64,000 nucleotides of DNA from positions 32,001 through 96,000 of IMG/VR virus record IMGVR_UViG_3300025874_000005; one strand, written 5' to 3'. The notes beneath the pieces were generated by a model, which was given only the letters and a program-made list of their open reading frames with translations, was not told the origin of the DNA and did no database searches. The position numbers were made by a program, and so were the translations under genes. Position 1 is the stretch's first letter, and every line of letters starts with the position of its first letter. The stretch comes from a virus. Shown here in pieces: positions 1-10,150 of the stretch.

Positions 1-780
1 GCTCCTGATTTTGGAGATAGAAAAAAGCTAACACTAGAAGATATTGCTACCTTAACTGGGGGTACTGTTTTTGATAAAGATAAAGGTATGAAACTTGATA
101 AGTTTTCATATGATTGGTTTGGAGAAGCTCGTACTGTTACTATTACTAAAGAACAAACTACAATTGTAGATGGTAAAGGAGCAGCTGAAGATATTGAAGC
201 TAGAGTATCTGAATTACAATCTCAAATTGATAAAGAAGATACACCTTATATTATTGAACATTTGCAAAATCGATTAGCAAAAATGATTGGTGGGGTATCT
301 ATTATTCATGTAGGTGGTTTTACTGAAACTGAAGCAAGAGAAAAGAAAGATAGAGTTGATGATGCACTTCATGCTACTAAAGCAGCATTAGAAGCTGGAG
401 TAGTACCAGGAGGAGGATCAACACTATTATATGCCTCTAATGGTTTAAATGGTAATAGTATAGGTGAAAAAATTGTAAAAGAAGCATGTAGAAAACCATT
501 TACTCAAATCTTAGTTAACGCTGGTAAAACCAAAACTGAAGGAGAAATTATTGCTAATAAATTAATTGAGTCTGGTGATGGATATTGGGCAGGTTATAAT
601 GTTAAAACTGATGAAGTTGTAAATATGGAAGAAGCAGGTATTATTGATCCTTCTAAAGTTACAATCACAGCACTACAAAATGCAGCATCCGTTGCAGGTA
701 CTATTCTACTAACTGAATGTGTAGTTGTTGATCATGCTGACCAAAAATCTCCAACCCCAGACGGAAACGGACAATTTTAA
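1..780 (+). CDS. groEL: Chaperonin GroEL (5'-truncated, C-terminal half)
   Basis: Frame open from base 1 (APDFGDRKK...). Motifs ITKEQTTIVDG, RLAKMIGGVSIIHVGG, EKKDRVDDALHATKAALEAGVVPGGG, GIIDPSKV, ALQNAASVAG. Confidence 0.95.
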   Translation, partial: APDFGDRKKLTLEDIATLTGGTVFDKDKGMKLDKFSYDWFGEARTVTITKEQTTIVDGKGAAEDIEARVSELQSQIDKEDTPYIIEHLQNRLAKMIGGVSIIHVGGFTETEAREKKDRVDDALHATKAALEAGVVPGGGSTLLYASNGLNGNSIGEKIVKEACRKPFTQILVNAGKTKTEGEIIANKLIESGDGYWAGYNVKTDEVVNMEEAGIIDPSKVTITALQNAASVAGTILLTECVVVDHADQKSPTPDGNGQF

Positions 781-783
781 ACT

Positions 784-1056
784 ATGGAAAAGAAAGTTGT
801 TGAACACAATGAGTTGATTGCTACTAGAGTACCTCCTGGAGACAGGTGGTCTCTAGTTGGTGATCCAACTAAAGAAGTTTTTAATACTTTAACAGATGCC
901 TTAGAAGCATTTTTCCATCAAACAAATTTTAATGGAGCTTTTAGATTAGATCCTATGAATAGTAAATTATATGCTATCCAATCATCAGAAATTGAGGTTA
1001 AAAAAGAAGCACCAAAAGTCTATGGAATGTATGGAGAATTTAGACAGGGAGTTTAA
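784..1056 (+). CDS. Hypothetical protein
   Basis: 90-aa ORF tightly packed after groEL. Confidence 0.75.
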   Translation: MEKKVVEHNELIATRVPPGDRWSLVGDPTKEVFNTLTDALEAFFHQTNFNGAFRLDPMNSKLYAIQSSEIEVKKEAPKVYGMYGEFRQGV

Positions 1057-1057
1057 A

Positions 1058-1089
1058 TTTGGTTTTTTAAATAAAAGTTATTATATTCA
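1058..1089 (+). promoter_or_regulatory. Core promoter copy (TTTGG-N19-TATATTCA)
   Basis: Same 32-bp spacing as more than 20 other copies; directly upstream of the clamp loader gene. Confidence 0.65.
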
Positions 1090-1092
1090 CGT

Positions 1093-2001
1093 ATGAATAA
1101 GAATCATAGTTTATTAGTAGAAAAGTATCGCCCCATTAATTTAGAAAATTATGTTGGGAATGAACATATTAAAAAAAGTATTAAACAATATCTAGGACAA
1201 AATGATATTCAAAATCTAATTTTTTATGGGCCTGCAGGAACAGGAAAAACAACTCTTGCTAAACTTATTGTTAAAAACCTTGATTGTGAGCATCTTTATA
1301 TTAATGCCTCAGATGAACGTGGTATTGAAACGATTAGAGATAAAGTGTCAGGGTTTGCGTCATCAGCTAGTTTTAAACCACTTAAAGTGGTCATTTTGGA
1401 TGAAGCTGATTTTCTTACTATACAAGCGCAAGCTTCTCTCCGTAATGTTATTGAAACGTTTTCGCGTACTACTAGGTTTATCTTAACTTGTAATTATGTA
1501 GAACGTATTATTGATCCGTTACAATCAAGGTGTCAAACCCTAAAAATTGTACCACCTAGTAAAGTAGATGTTGTTAGACATTTACAAAAAATTACTGAAA
1601 AAGAAAATATTAAATATCAGACTGTAAATGATTTAGCAATAATAGTTAATCAATTCTACCCAGATTTACGTAAATGTCTTAATACAATTCAGTTATCAAC
1701 TCAAGATAATGAATTAAAGATTGATAAATCTATATTAGTATCATCTAACTATATGTCTGAAGTAGTTAGTGAACTATCAGGTAAAAAATCATGGAAAGGT
1801 ATTAGACAAATTATAGCAGATGCTAATGTTCAAGATTTTGAAGAACTATATCGTTATCTTTATGATAATGCTGATAAATTTGCTCCTGGTAAAGAAGGAA
1901 TGGTAGCTTATTATGTTAATGAATATTCATACCAATCTAACTTTAGAATTGATAAAGAAATTAATTGTATGGCCTTAATAAACCAACTGATTACTTTATA
2001 A
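1093..2001 (+). CDS. Clamp loader large subunit (RFC small subunit / T4 gp44-like AAA+ ATPase)
   Basis: VEKYRP, Walker A GPAGTGKTT, NASDERGI, Walker B ILDEAD, SRC motif. Confidence 0.93.
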   Translation: MNKNHSLLVEKYRPINLENYVGNEHIKKSIKQYLGQNDIQNLIFYGPAGTGKTTLAKLIVKNLDCEHLYINASDERGIETIRDKVSGFASSASFKPLKVVILDEADFLTIQAQASLRNVIETFSRTTRFILTCNYVERIIDPLQSRCQTLKIVPPSKVDVVRHLQKITEKENIKYQTVNDLAIIVNQFYPDLRKCLNTIQLSTQDNELKIDKSILVSSNYMSEVVSELSGKKSWKGIRQIIADANVQDFEELYRYLYDNADKFAPGKEGMVAYYVNEYSYQSNFRIDKEINCMALINQLITL

Positions 2002-2630
2002 TGTACCCCAACAAAGAATACCATAACGAAAAACTTACATACACAAAACAAGGAGATTTACTAGATAGTAAAGGTTTACCTGTTATGATGGAGTGGGAAA
2101 GAGATATTATGGAACATGATGCTAGTATTATTTGTAAAAATGGTGGTGATATTCTTAATGTAGGTTTTGGATTAGGTATAATTGATAATTATATTCAATC
2201 TTATAACCCAAATTCACATTGGATTATAGAATCTCATCCTGACGTTTATAATAAAATAGTAAAAGATGGATGGTTAGATAAACCTAATGTAAATGTTATT
2301 TTTAAAACATGGCAGGAAGTATTAGAAGATTTACCAAAATTTGATGGTATTTATTTTGATACTTGGAATGAAGACCAATTCTTATTTGATGCGTATGCTA
2401 ATAGAATTTTAAAAGAGGGAGGTATTTATTCATTTTTTAATAACCCAAGAACATCAGATAAAAAGTTAAACCCTTTAACCCAACAAATATTAAATGAAAA
2501 CTTTGACATAATAACAAACCCTGTAGAAATTAAAGGACCTATAAAAAATGCTGAATCATATTTTGATAAGGACATTAAAACTTATTGGAGTCCTGAGTGT
2601 AGATTAAAAAAGAATGAAAAGATTTATTGA
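2001..2630 (+). CDS. Class I SAM methyltransferase, RMT2/guanidinoacetate methyltransferase-like
   Basis: VMMEWE, ILNVGFGLGIID, HWIIESHPDV, FDGIYFDTW. Start taken at ATG 2001, overlapping the upstream stop. Confidence 0.8.
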   Translation: MYPNKEYHNEKLTYTKQGDLLDSKGLPVMMEWERDIMEHDASIICKNGGDILNVGFGLGIIDNYIQSYNPNSHWIIESHPDVYNKIVKDGWLDKPNVNVIFKTWQEVLEDLPKFDGIYFDTWNEDQFLFDAYANRILKEGGIYSFFNNPRTSDKKLNPLTQQILNENFDIITNPVEIKGPIKNAESYFDKDIKTYWSPECRLKKNEKIY

Positions 2631-2814
2631 ATTTGCTCTTATTTGGTATAGTCAACAGATGGCTATTCCATTTTGGATGATTGGACACGTTCATTTATCT
2701 TTGAATACATATCAAGACTTACATGAAATAATCGCTAGTGTAGGTTTAAATATTTTAGTAGCGATTGGATTTATAATAGATTTTAAACAAAATAGTAATA
2801 ATAAAAAAAAGTAA
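2614..2814 (+). CDS. Small membrane protein
   Basis: 66 aa with two hydrophobic segments; coupled to neighbouring genes. Confidence 0.6.
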   Translation: MKRFIEFALIWYSQQMAIPFWMIGHVHLSLNTYQDLHEIIASVGLNILVAIGFIIDFKQNSNNKKK

Positions 2815-2815
2815 A

Positions 2816-3061
2816 ATGGCAGAACAACAACAACAAATGAATGTAGATGTTAAAAACACTACAATTATCCAAACCCCAGAAGGTGGGGTAGTTTTTCAAC
2901 AAGGAGTATTACTTCGTAAAGTATCCAAATTTGTAGTAGGTGCTGATGAAGATGCATTAATGCCAATTCCAGTATTTTTTGATCCTTCAACCGGTAAAAT
3001 ACTTGAATCAACAGTACCAGCTGAACTTAGAGAAGAGTATAAAGATTATACACTTGCCTAA
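2816..3061 (+). CDS. Hypothetical protein
   Basis: 81-aa ORF in a coupled operon. Confidence 0.75.
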   Translation: MAEQQQQMNVDVKNTTIIQTPEGGVVFQQGVLLRKVSKFVVGADEDALMPIPVFFDPSTGKILESTVPAELREEYKDYTLA

Positions 3062-3474
3062 TGAAGCTTTGGGATTGGTTAGATGAAATAACCGTTAAGA
3101 AAACACCAGCATCTCAATTCTCATCTGAGGATTGGGATAGCTGGAATTCTTACATGGTTCATAGATTTATGTCTATGGGGAAGAATAATATAGAAATATC
3201 TAACATGGCACAAAGATTCTTACCTACAGATAAAATAGGAATTTATAATTTTTATTGTAATATGATTCCTAGAAAAAAAGTATGGAATAAGTATATTAAA
3301 TCTGGAGTTAAGGGTAAAAATAAAGAATTAGTTGAAGTAATAGCTAATTATTTTGAAGTTGGATCCCACGAAGCAGATGATTATATTGATGTTATAGGTA
3401 AGGATGAAGTTAAAAATATCCTTAAATCTATAGGAATAGAAAAAAAGGAAATAACTAAATTATTTAAAACATGA
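3061..3474 (+). CDS. Clamp loader small subunit (T4 gp62-like)
   Basis: WNSYMVHRFMS and YNFYCNMIPRKKVWNKYIK pattern, size, and location near the gp44-like gene. Confidence 0.75.
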   Translation: MKLWDWLDEITVKKTPASQFSSEDWDSWNSYMVHRFMSMGKNNIEISNMAQRFLPTDKIGIYNFYCNMIPRKKVWNKYIKSGVKGKNKELVEVIANYFEVGSHEADDYIDVIGKDEVKNILKSIGIEKKEITKLFKT

Positions 3475-3692
3475 CAACAGAACTATTTAATATGCTTAAA
3501 ACATCAGCTGAAGCTGATAGAGCTAAAGCATTATTATCACTAGATTTATTAGGAAACAAAGCAACAGGTATTGGAGACCATTCAACAGAAGATTTTTATA
3601 AAAATGCTGAAGAAGCACTTATAAAATTAGTAGATGCTGATGATCGACTTAATACTTTAAAAATTTACTTTAACAACAAAACAGTAATATAA
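3471..3692 (+). CDS. Hypothetical protein
   Basis: 73 aa with ATGA overlap; GIGDHS motif. Confidence 0.75.
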   Translation: MTTELFNMLKTSAEADRAKALLSLDLLGNKATGIGDHSTEDFYKNAEEALIKLVDADDRLNTLKIYFNNKTVI

Positions 3693-4099
3693 TGGGAAGT
3701 ACAGTAGAAAAATATTATGACCAAAAGTCTGCAGAAAAATCTACAATTACTACGGAAACAACAAATACTATAGAGATATTTCAAAGTGAGTATCCTGAAC
3801 TATCTGATGAGTTTATTAGAATTCAAGCAGAAATGTATGAAATGTTTGCTCGTAAACATATGGATTATGGTTTAAACAATATTGCCTTAGGTGGTGACAT
3901 ATTAAATAATAATGATGATAAAAAGTTTTCATTAACAGGTTTAGCTATTAGACTTACAGATAAAATATCACGTTTGAAAAATCTTTTAGTTAATGGAAGA
4001 AATTTTGTAAAAGGTGAAGGAATGGAAGATACATTCATTGATATAGCAAATTACGGTATAATTGGTCTATTAGTAGGCCGCGATAAGTGGAAAAAATAA
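3692..4099 (+). CDS. DUF1599 / nucleotide-modification-associated domain protein
   Basis: KHMDYG...RLTDKISRLKNL...EDTFIDIANYGII pattern. Confidence 0.75.
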   Translation: MGSTVEKYYDQKSAEKSTITTETTNTIEIFQSEYPELSDEFIRIQAEMYEMFARKHMDYGLNNIALGGDILNNNDDKKFSLTGLAIRLTDKISRLKNLLVNGRNFVKGEGMEDTFIDIANYGIIGLLVGRDKWKK

Positions 4100-4100
4100 C

Positions 4101-4817
4101 ATGGCTAGAAATACAAGATTAGTTAGTATAAAAGGGTGTCCTATGGTAATATTTGAAGCACCTGAATGCATTTCAGATGAAATTGTTAAGTACAACAATT
4201 TTTGGGAATATGAAGTATTTGATAAATGGAAACAACACTTTCCAAAAGAAGGATTAATGTTAGATATAGGAGCTAATATTGGAGGACATTGTATACAATT
4301 TCACCACCATTTCCCTAATTTAAAAATATGGGGTTTTGAACCGTATCCTCCTAATTATGAATTATTAAGAGTAAATGTTGAAAATCTTCAAAATGTTCAT
4401 AGTTTTTCTTTAGGAGTTGGAAGTGGAAATTCTATGGTTCACTTTGGAAATGAATATTCTAAAAATTGTGGATCTGTAATGGTAGTAAATCCGGATGAAA
4501 ATTGCTTTACTAAACCTTACTCTAATTTTGTTATAGCTTTAGATACCATTAAATTCCCAGAGCCTGTCAAATTTATTAAAATTGATATTGAAGGTCATGA
4601 ATATTCAGCTTTTGAAGGTGCTAAAGAATTATTATTAAGAGATAAACCTTTAGTATGGTTAGAAGATCATGGTCAACCTTTAGGTGAAGGAGATTCAATT
4701 AAATATCTAGAAGGATTAGGATATAAAATGTTAGATAGTTATTTAGAAAGAGACGATAAATCGTCAACATCCTCAGACTTTTTAATGTACCATCCAGACA
4801 ATGTTTGGTATAAATAA
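4101..4817 (+). CDS. FkbM-family methyltransferase
   Basis: LDIGANIG, GFEP, FIKIDIEGHE. Confidence 0.9.
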   Translation: MARNTRLVSIKGCPMVIFEAPECISDEIVKYNNFWEYEVFDKWKQHFPKEGLMLDIGANIGGHCIQFHHHFPNLKIWGFEPYPPNYELLRVNVENLQNVHSFSLGVGSGNSMVHFGNEYSKNCGSVMVVNPDENCFTKPYSNFVIALDTIKFPEPVKFIKIDIEGHEYSAFEGAKELLLRDKPLVWLEDHGQPLGEGDSIKYLEGLGYKMLDSYLERDDKSSTSSDFLMYHPDNVWYK

Positions 4818-4849
4818 TTAGGATACTCAATAATATTTTCGTATATTTA
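4818..4849 (+). promoter_or_regulatory. Core promoter copy
   Basis: TTAGG-N19-TATATTTA preceded by TTCG. Confidence 0.7.
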
Positions 4850-4869
4850 CGTCAATAAAATACATAGTT

Positions 4870-5826
4870 TTGGCTAAAAAAAAATTACCTGTAATAGTTA
4901 GAGATATAAGAGAAAATCCCCCAACACCCGTTAATTTTGGTGTTGAAAAAAATATCTCATATTCTCAATTATCAATGTTTACTCAATGTCCTAAAAAATG
5001 GTCTCTACAATATAGAGATGGTCATAAAATAAGTGAACAAAGTATTCATATGACTTTTGGTACAGCCCTACATGAGGTTTTACAACATTATTTAGATGTA
5101 ATGTATGCCAAAAGTGGTGCAGAAGCAGATAGGATTGATATTAATGAATTATTTGAAGATACCTTAAGAGAATGTTATGCTAAAGACTATAAAAAAAACA
5201 AAAATCAACATTTTAGCACACCTGAGGAGTTAAGAGAATTCTATGAAGATGGGAAAGCTATATTAGATAATTTTAAAAAGAAAAAAGGTGGTTATTTTTC
5301 TAAAAAAGGGTGGTATTTAGTAGGTTGTGAAATACCAATAGTTATGGCGCCTAATTTACGTCTTAACCGCGTTAAATACATGGGTTATTTAGATATCGTA
5401 ATGTATCATGAACCAACGAATACATTTAAAATAATCGACATAAAAACGAGTACAAAAGGTTGGAATAAGTACACTAAAAAGGATGAATCCAAACAATTCC
5501 AATTAATACTTTATAAGTACTTTTTTAGTAAACAATATAATATTCCAATTGAAAATATAGAAATTGAATTTTTTATTGTTAGAAGGAAAGTTTATTTAGA
5601 TGGTGAATATCCTCAAAAACGTATACAAACATTTGTACCTGCTTCTGGTAGAAATAAAGTAAACAAAGCTACTAAAAATTTAGATGATTTTATAAATAGA
5701 GCATTTAATTTGGATGGCTCATATAAAGATACTACATTTATGGCAAAACCAAGCAAATGGAATTGTACATTTTGTCCTTATAAAGAAAATAAAGAACTAT
5801 GTAGCGCAGTTGGTAAATCTTTATAA
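4870..5826 (+). CDS. PD-(D/E)XK nuclease (RecB/Cas4-like)
   Basis: ISYSQL..CPKKW, FGTALHE, GYLD..IIDIKT, QLILY, C-terminal CTFCPY..C; TTG start. Confidence 0.88.
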   Translation: MAKKKLPVIVRDIRENPPTPVNFGVEKNISYSQLSMFTQCPKKWSLQYRDGHKISEQSIHMTFGTALHEVLQHYLDVMYAKSGAEADRIDINELFEDTLRECYAKDYKKNKNQHFSTPEELREFYEDGKAILDNFKKKKGGYFSKKGWYLVGCEIPIVMAPNLRLNRVKYMGYLDIVMYHEPTNTFKIIDIKTSTKGWNKYTKKDESKQFQLILYKYFFSKQYNIPIENIEIEFFIVRRKVYLDGEYPQKRIQTFVPASGRNKVNKATKNLDDFINRAFNLDGSYKDTTFMAKPSKWNCTFCPYKENKELCSAVGKSL

Positions 5827-5868
5827 TCTGCATATATGTATAGACAAATATATTAAAAAATAATAATT

Positions 5869-6063
5869 ATGTCACAAACAAAAGAAATGACACTTACGAG
5901 TGTAAAAGTAAAAAGCAATTTATTCGAAAATTTTAAAATAGAATGTGTAAAACGGAAATTTAGTTTCCAAAAACTTGCTGATCGAGCTATATTCTTATAT
6001 CTTACAGATGAAGATTTTAGGAAAAAAATTAATAATCAAACTAACTTAGAAATTAAAGACTAA
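5869..6063 (+). CDS. Small conserved protein, possibly ribbon-helix-helix
   Basis: 64 aa; LTSVKV strand followed by helical segments. Confidence 0.6.
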   Translation: MSQTKEMTLTSVKVKSNLFENFKIECVKRKFSFQKLADRAIFLYLTDEDFRKKINNQTNLEIKD

Positions 6064-6070
6064 AACAAAA

Positions 6071-7501
6071 ATGAAAGAAGGTTATATTAAACAAGATAAT
6101 AGAAAGAAAATTCTATTGTTAACTGATGATATTAGAGTACATTCAGGTGTTGCGCAGATTGGTAGAGAAATTATTTCAAAAACTTCTCATCGTTATAATT
6201 GGTGTCAATTAGCAGGATCAGTCCAACATCCAGAAAAGGGAAAAGTACAAGATATATCAGCAGATATTAACAAACAAGAAGGGATTGAAGATACTTATTG
6301 TAAGTTATATCCCGTAGATGGTTATGGAACTAGTGATATTTTAAGGGAAGTTATTAAAATAGAAAAACCAGATGCAATTCTTTTAATTACAGATCCAAGA
6401 TATTTTAATTGGGTTTTTCAAATGGAAGATGAAATTAGAACTAAAATTCCAATTGCTTATCTTAACATTTGGGATGATATGCCTGCCCCCCAATATAATG
6501 AGGAATTTTATGAATCTTGTGATGCTTTATTTGGTATTTCAAAACAAACTACAGCAATTAATAAAATTGTTTTAGGAGATAAAGCTAAAGATAAAATTAT
6601 TGAATACATCCCTCATGGTTTAGATAATAAAAAATTCTTCCCAATGGTAGAAAAAGATGAGGAGTTTACAAAGTTTAAAAATCTACTAACTAAGGGTGTA
6701 GAAAAAGACTTTATTTTACTTTTTAATTCAAGAAACATTAGAAGAAAATCTATCCCAGACGCTATTGCAGCTTGGAAATTATTTGTAGATACATTAACTA
6801 AAAAAGAAAAAGAAAAAGTACAATTTATTTTACATACAGACCCTGTAAGTGATGCTGGAACAGATCTACCAGCAGTAATAGATTATATAATGGGTGAAGA
6901 TGATGAAACTGTAGTAATTTCAAACCAAAAACTCCCACATACTCATATGAATTATCTTTATAATATGGCTGATGGGGTTATATTATTATCTTCAGCTGAG
7001 GGTTGGGGATTAGCATTAACTGAATCTTTACTTACAGGAACACCTATTATTGCTAATGTAACTGGAGGTATGCAAGACCAAATGAGATTTGTTGATGAAA
7101 ATGGAAATTGGTATACTAATTCAAAAGAAATACCATCAAATCAATTTGGTACATATAAAGAGCATGGAATATGGGCACTACCAGTTTTTCCAAAAGCAGT
7201 AGGTATGGTAGGTTCACCTATGACACCTTATATTTGGGATAGTAGATGTGATTTTAGAGATGCTAAAGATAGAATTATTGAATTATACAAAATGCCTAAA
7301 GAACAAAGATTTACGCAAGGTAATGCTGGTAGAGAATGGGCTTTAAGTGATGAAGCTGGGTTTACAGCTGAACATATGGGTAATAGATTTATTGATGGAA
7401 TGGAAAAATTATTTTCAACTTGGATGCCTAGAGAAAATTTCACATTTTGGAAAGATACAGATTACAAATCAAGAAAACTTAATCATAAATTAGAATATTA
7501 A
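6071..7501 (+). CDS. GT-B (GT4-like) glycosyltransferase
   Basis: SGVAQ, IPHG, SRNIRRK, SSAEGWGLALTES, NVTGGMQDQ. Confidence 0.9.
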   Translation: MKEGYIKQDNRKKILLLTDDIRVHSGVAQIGREIISKTSHRYNWCQLAGSVQHPEKGKVQDISADINKQEGIEDTYCKLYPVDGYGTSDILREVIKIEKPDAILLITDPRYFNWVFQMEDEIRTKIPIAYLNIWDDMPAPQYNEEFYESCDALFGISKQTTAINKIVLGDKAKDKIIEYIPHGLDNKKFFPMVEKDEEFTKFKNLLTKGVEKDFILLFNSRNIRRKSIPDAIAAWKLFVDTLTKKEKEKVQFILHTDPVSDAGTDLPAVIDYIMGEDDETVVISNQKLPHTHMNYLYNMADGVILLSSAEGWGLALTESLLTGTPIIANVTGGMQDQMRFVDENGNWYTNSKEIPSNQFGTYKEHGIWALPVFPKAVGMVGSPMTPYIWDSRCDFRDAKDRIIELYKMPKEQRFTQGNAGREWALSDEAGFTAEHMGNRFIDGMEKLFSTWMPRENFTFWKDTDYKSRKLNHKLEY

Positions 7502-8806
7502 ATGAAGAATACATTTGTTATAAGCGCTCCAGTTGATACTTACTCAGGTTACGGAGCCCGAAGTAGAGATTTTGTGAAAGCATTAATTGAGTCAGATAAA
7601 TATGATATTAAAATTATCCCTCAAAGATGGGGAGATACTAGAAAAGGATTTTTAGATGATTTTCCAGAATGGAACTTTATGAGAGAATATCTCACCCCTC
7701 AACTAACGTCAAAACCCGATATTTGGTGTCAAGTAACAGTACCCAATGAATTCCAAGCTGTAGGCATATATAACATTGGTCTAACGGCAGGTATCGAAAC
7801 TACAGCATGTGCCCCTCAATGGATTGAAGGGTGTAATAGAATGGATATGATACTTACATCCTCAAACCATTCTAAACAAGTATTCGAAAATACTTCATTT
7901 GAGATACAAGATAAAAATACAGGTAAAAAAGGTGAATTAAAATGTACTACCCCAGTAAACGTATTGTTTGAGGGAGCTAATTTAGAAATTTATAAACCGG
8001 TTAAAGAATTCACAAATAAAAAGTTATATGATCATATTAAGGATATTCCTGAGAAATTTGCTTATTTATTTGTTGGTCATTGGTTACAAGGAAGTTTAGG
8101 GCATGATAGAAAAAATGTAGGTTTATTAATTAAAGCTTTTTATGAAGTATATAAAAATAAAAAAAATTCACCGGCATTAATTTTAAAAACCTCAATAGGG
8201 AAGGGATCACATATGGATAGGAGAGAAATACTTAAAAGAATGAAAAGTATTAGAGATACTCTCCCAAAAACAGACAGATTACCTTCAATTTATTTAATTC
8301 ATGGGGATCTATCAGATGCTGAAATTAATGAATTATACCACAACCCAAAAGTAAAAGCTATGATTAGTGCTACTAAAGGTGAGGGATTTGGAAGACCATT
8401 ATTAGAGTTTGCTTTAACAGGTAAACCCACAATAGCAACAGCTTGGTCAGGCCATATTGATTTTTTAAATCCTAAATTAGCACCTTTAATGGGGGGTAAA
8501 TTAAATAACTTAGATCAATCATCAATACAGAAAGATGTACTTATTGAAGGTTCACAATGGTTTGATGTAGACCATCAACATTTGGGTCACTTCTTAACAG
8601 ATGTTAAGAAAAATTATAAAACTTGGAATCAAAAATCAAAAACATTAGCTGGTAGATTAAAGAAAAACTTTAGTTATGAAGCTATGAAATCTTTATTAAT
8701 TGAGATTTTAGATGATAATGTTAGTGTTCCAACACAAATTCAATTAAACCTCCCAGAAGTTAAAAAATCTGGATTACCTAAATTAGAATTACCAATACTA
8801 AAATAA
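7502..8806 (+). CDS. GT-B (GT4-like) glycosyltransferase
   Basis: SGYGARSRD, DRKNVG, TKGEGFGRPLLE, WSGHIDFL. Confidence 0.9.
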   Translation: MKNTFVISAPVDTYSGYGARSRDFVKALIESDKYDIKIIPQRWGDTRKGFLDDFPEWNFMREYLTPQLTSKPDIWCQVTVPNEFQAVGIYNIGLTAGIETTACAPQWIEGCNRMDMILTSSNHSKQVFENTSFEIQDKNTGKKGELKCTTPVNVLFEGANLEIYKPVKEFTNKKLYDHIKDIPEKFAYLFVGHWLQGSLGHDRKNVGLLIKAFYEVYKNKKNSPALILKTSIGKGSHMDRREILKRMKSIRDTLPKTDRLPSIYLIHGDLSDAEINELYHNPKVKAMISATKGEGFGRPLLEFALTGKPTIATAWSGHIDFLNPKLAPLMGGKLNNLDQSSIQKDVLIEGSQWFDVDHQHLGHFLTDVKKNYKTWNQKSKTLAGRLKKNFSYEAMKSLLIEILDDNVSVPTQIQLNLPEVKKSGLPKLELPILK

Positions 8807-8807
8807 A

Positions 8808-9269
8808 ATGGACGATTTAAAAACGTGTGATAGATGTGGCTCAGATGCTTGCTATGTACAAGAAGTAAATGAAAAAATAAAAAATTACCAATGCTATGGT
8901 TGTGGTTTTATTACTAATAGCTTATTAGTAAAAGATACTGAATTTTTTGAAGAACAAATGGAATTACTCCCAAATCTTTATAAAGAATTAATGGGTGAGG
9001 ATGATGATGGTAAAATTTGGATGCCTTCAACAGTTAATATGCCTACAAAAGGAATGATATTTGCTAATGGTAAAAGTATTGAAAATTGGAAGTGGGCTGC
9101 TGTATTAGCTATACCCGTAAAGGACGAAGAAAAAGAAAAATATCCAATACCAAATAAGGAAGGGGAATTTTATGAGTGGAGAATGGATATGAATAATGTA
9201 AAGGAATTCCCAGAAACAGATTATATAGAAGCTTTAGATTATATTGGAATTTTTAACCCTGAGAATTAA
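8808..9269 (+). CDS. Zinc-ribbon protein
   Basis: CDRC and CYGC pairs. Confidence 0.7.
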   Translation: MDDLKTCDRCGSDACYVQEVNEKIKNYQCYGCGFITNSLLVKDTEFFEEQMELLPNLYKELMGEDDDGKIWMPSTVNMPTKGMIFANGKSIENWKWAAVLAIPVKDEEKEKYPIPNKEGEFYEWRMDMNNVKEFPETDYIEALDYIGIFNPEN

Positions 9270-10150
9270 TGAAAGTATTAGTAACAGGTGGTGCAGGTTT
9301 TATTGGTCACAATTTAGTATGGAGACTTTTAGATGAAGGGCATGAAGTTCAATCATTAGATAATTATTCTACAGGTACAGTTAAAAATGAAGTTGATGGT
9401 TGCAAATATTGGCATGGTGACATTTCAACAATAACTAATCTTAATAAAGATTTTGATTTAATATTCCACTTAGCTGCTCAATCTAGAGTACAACCTTCAT
9501 TTGATAATCCAACTAAAACGTTTAGGGTAAATGTAGAAGGAACTGAAACTGTGTGTAAATTTGCTCTTGATATAGGAGCAAAAGTAGTATATGCGGGTTC
9601 ATCTTCAAAACACCATAATCCAGCAACTTCACCCTATGCTATGTACAAATACTTAGGTGAGGGAGTATGTAATTTATATAAAGAATCATTTGGGGTAAAT
9701 ATTGAGGTTTGTAGATTTTACAATGTATATGGTCCCGGTGAAGCATTAGATGAAAAAAATGGCAATGTAATTGGTATTTGGAGATCTAGGATATCAAGGG
9801 AATCTCATATTGAGATTGTTGGGGATGGAGAACAAAAAAGAGATTTTACTCATGTGGATGATATTGTAGATGGATTATATAGAATTGGTTTATCTAATTT
9901 TTATACAGGTGAAGCTGATTTTCAAAGGCCATCATCAATTAAAGCTTGGGAATTAGGGACTGGAGTTAATTATTCTATTAAAGAATTAGCAGAAACTTTC
10001 CAAAATAAAACAGGCTGCGCCATTAAATTTACTACAGACCAACCAGGTAATTATAGAAAAACTTTATGTACTGATACTACAGCACAGGATATTTTAGGTT
10101 GGAAACCTAAAGACCAATTATTATATTATATTAATAATTTAAAATTCTAA
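9269..10150 (+). CDS. NAD-dependent NDP-sugar epimerase/dehydratase
   Basis: VTGGAGFIG, HLAA, YAMYK (YxxxK), RFYNVYGP, RDFTHVDD. Confidence 0.92.
   Translation: MKVLVTGGAGFIGHNLVWRLLDEGHEVQSLDNYSTGTVKNEVDGCKYWHGDISTITNLNKDFDLIFHLAAQSRVQPSFDNPTKTFRVNVEGTETVCKFALDIGAKVVYAGSSSKHHNPATSPYAMYKYLGEGVCNLYKESFGVNIEVCRFYNVYGPGEALDEKNGNVIGIWRSRISRESHIEIVGDGEQKRDFTHVDDIVDGLYRIGLSNFYTGEADFQRPSSIKAWELGTGVNYSIKELAETFQNKTGCAIKFTTDQPGNYRKTLCTDTTAQDILGWKPKDQLLYYINNLKF

Noticed and set aside
1226-1486. Alternate-frame + strand ORFs (also 15304-15510)
   Set aside because: They are nested in clear genes and have no independent start signals.
4870-5826. Cas4 as part of a CRISPR-Cas system
   Set aside because: It is a stand-alone phage PD-(D/E)XK nuclease with no cas1/cas2 or array.
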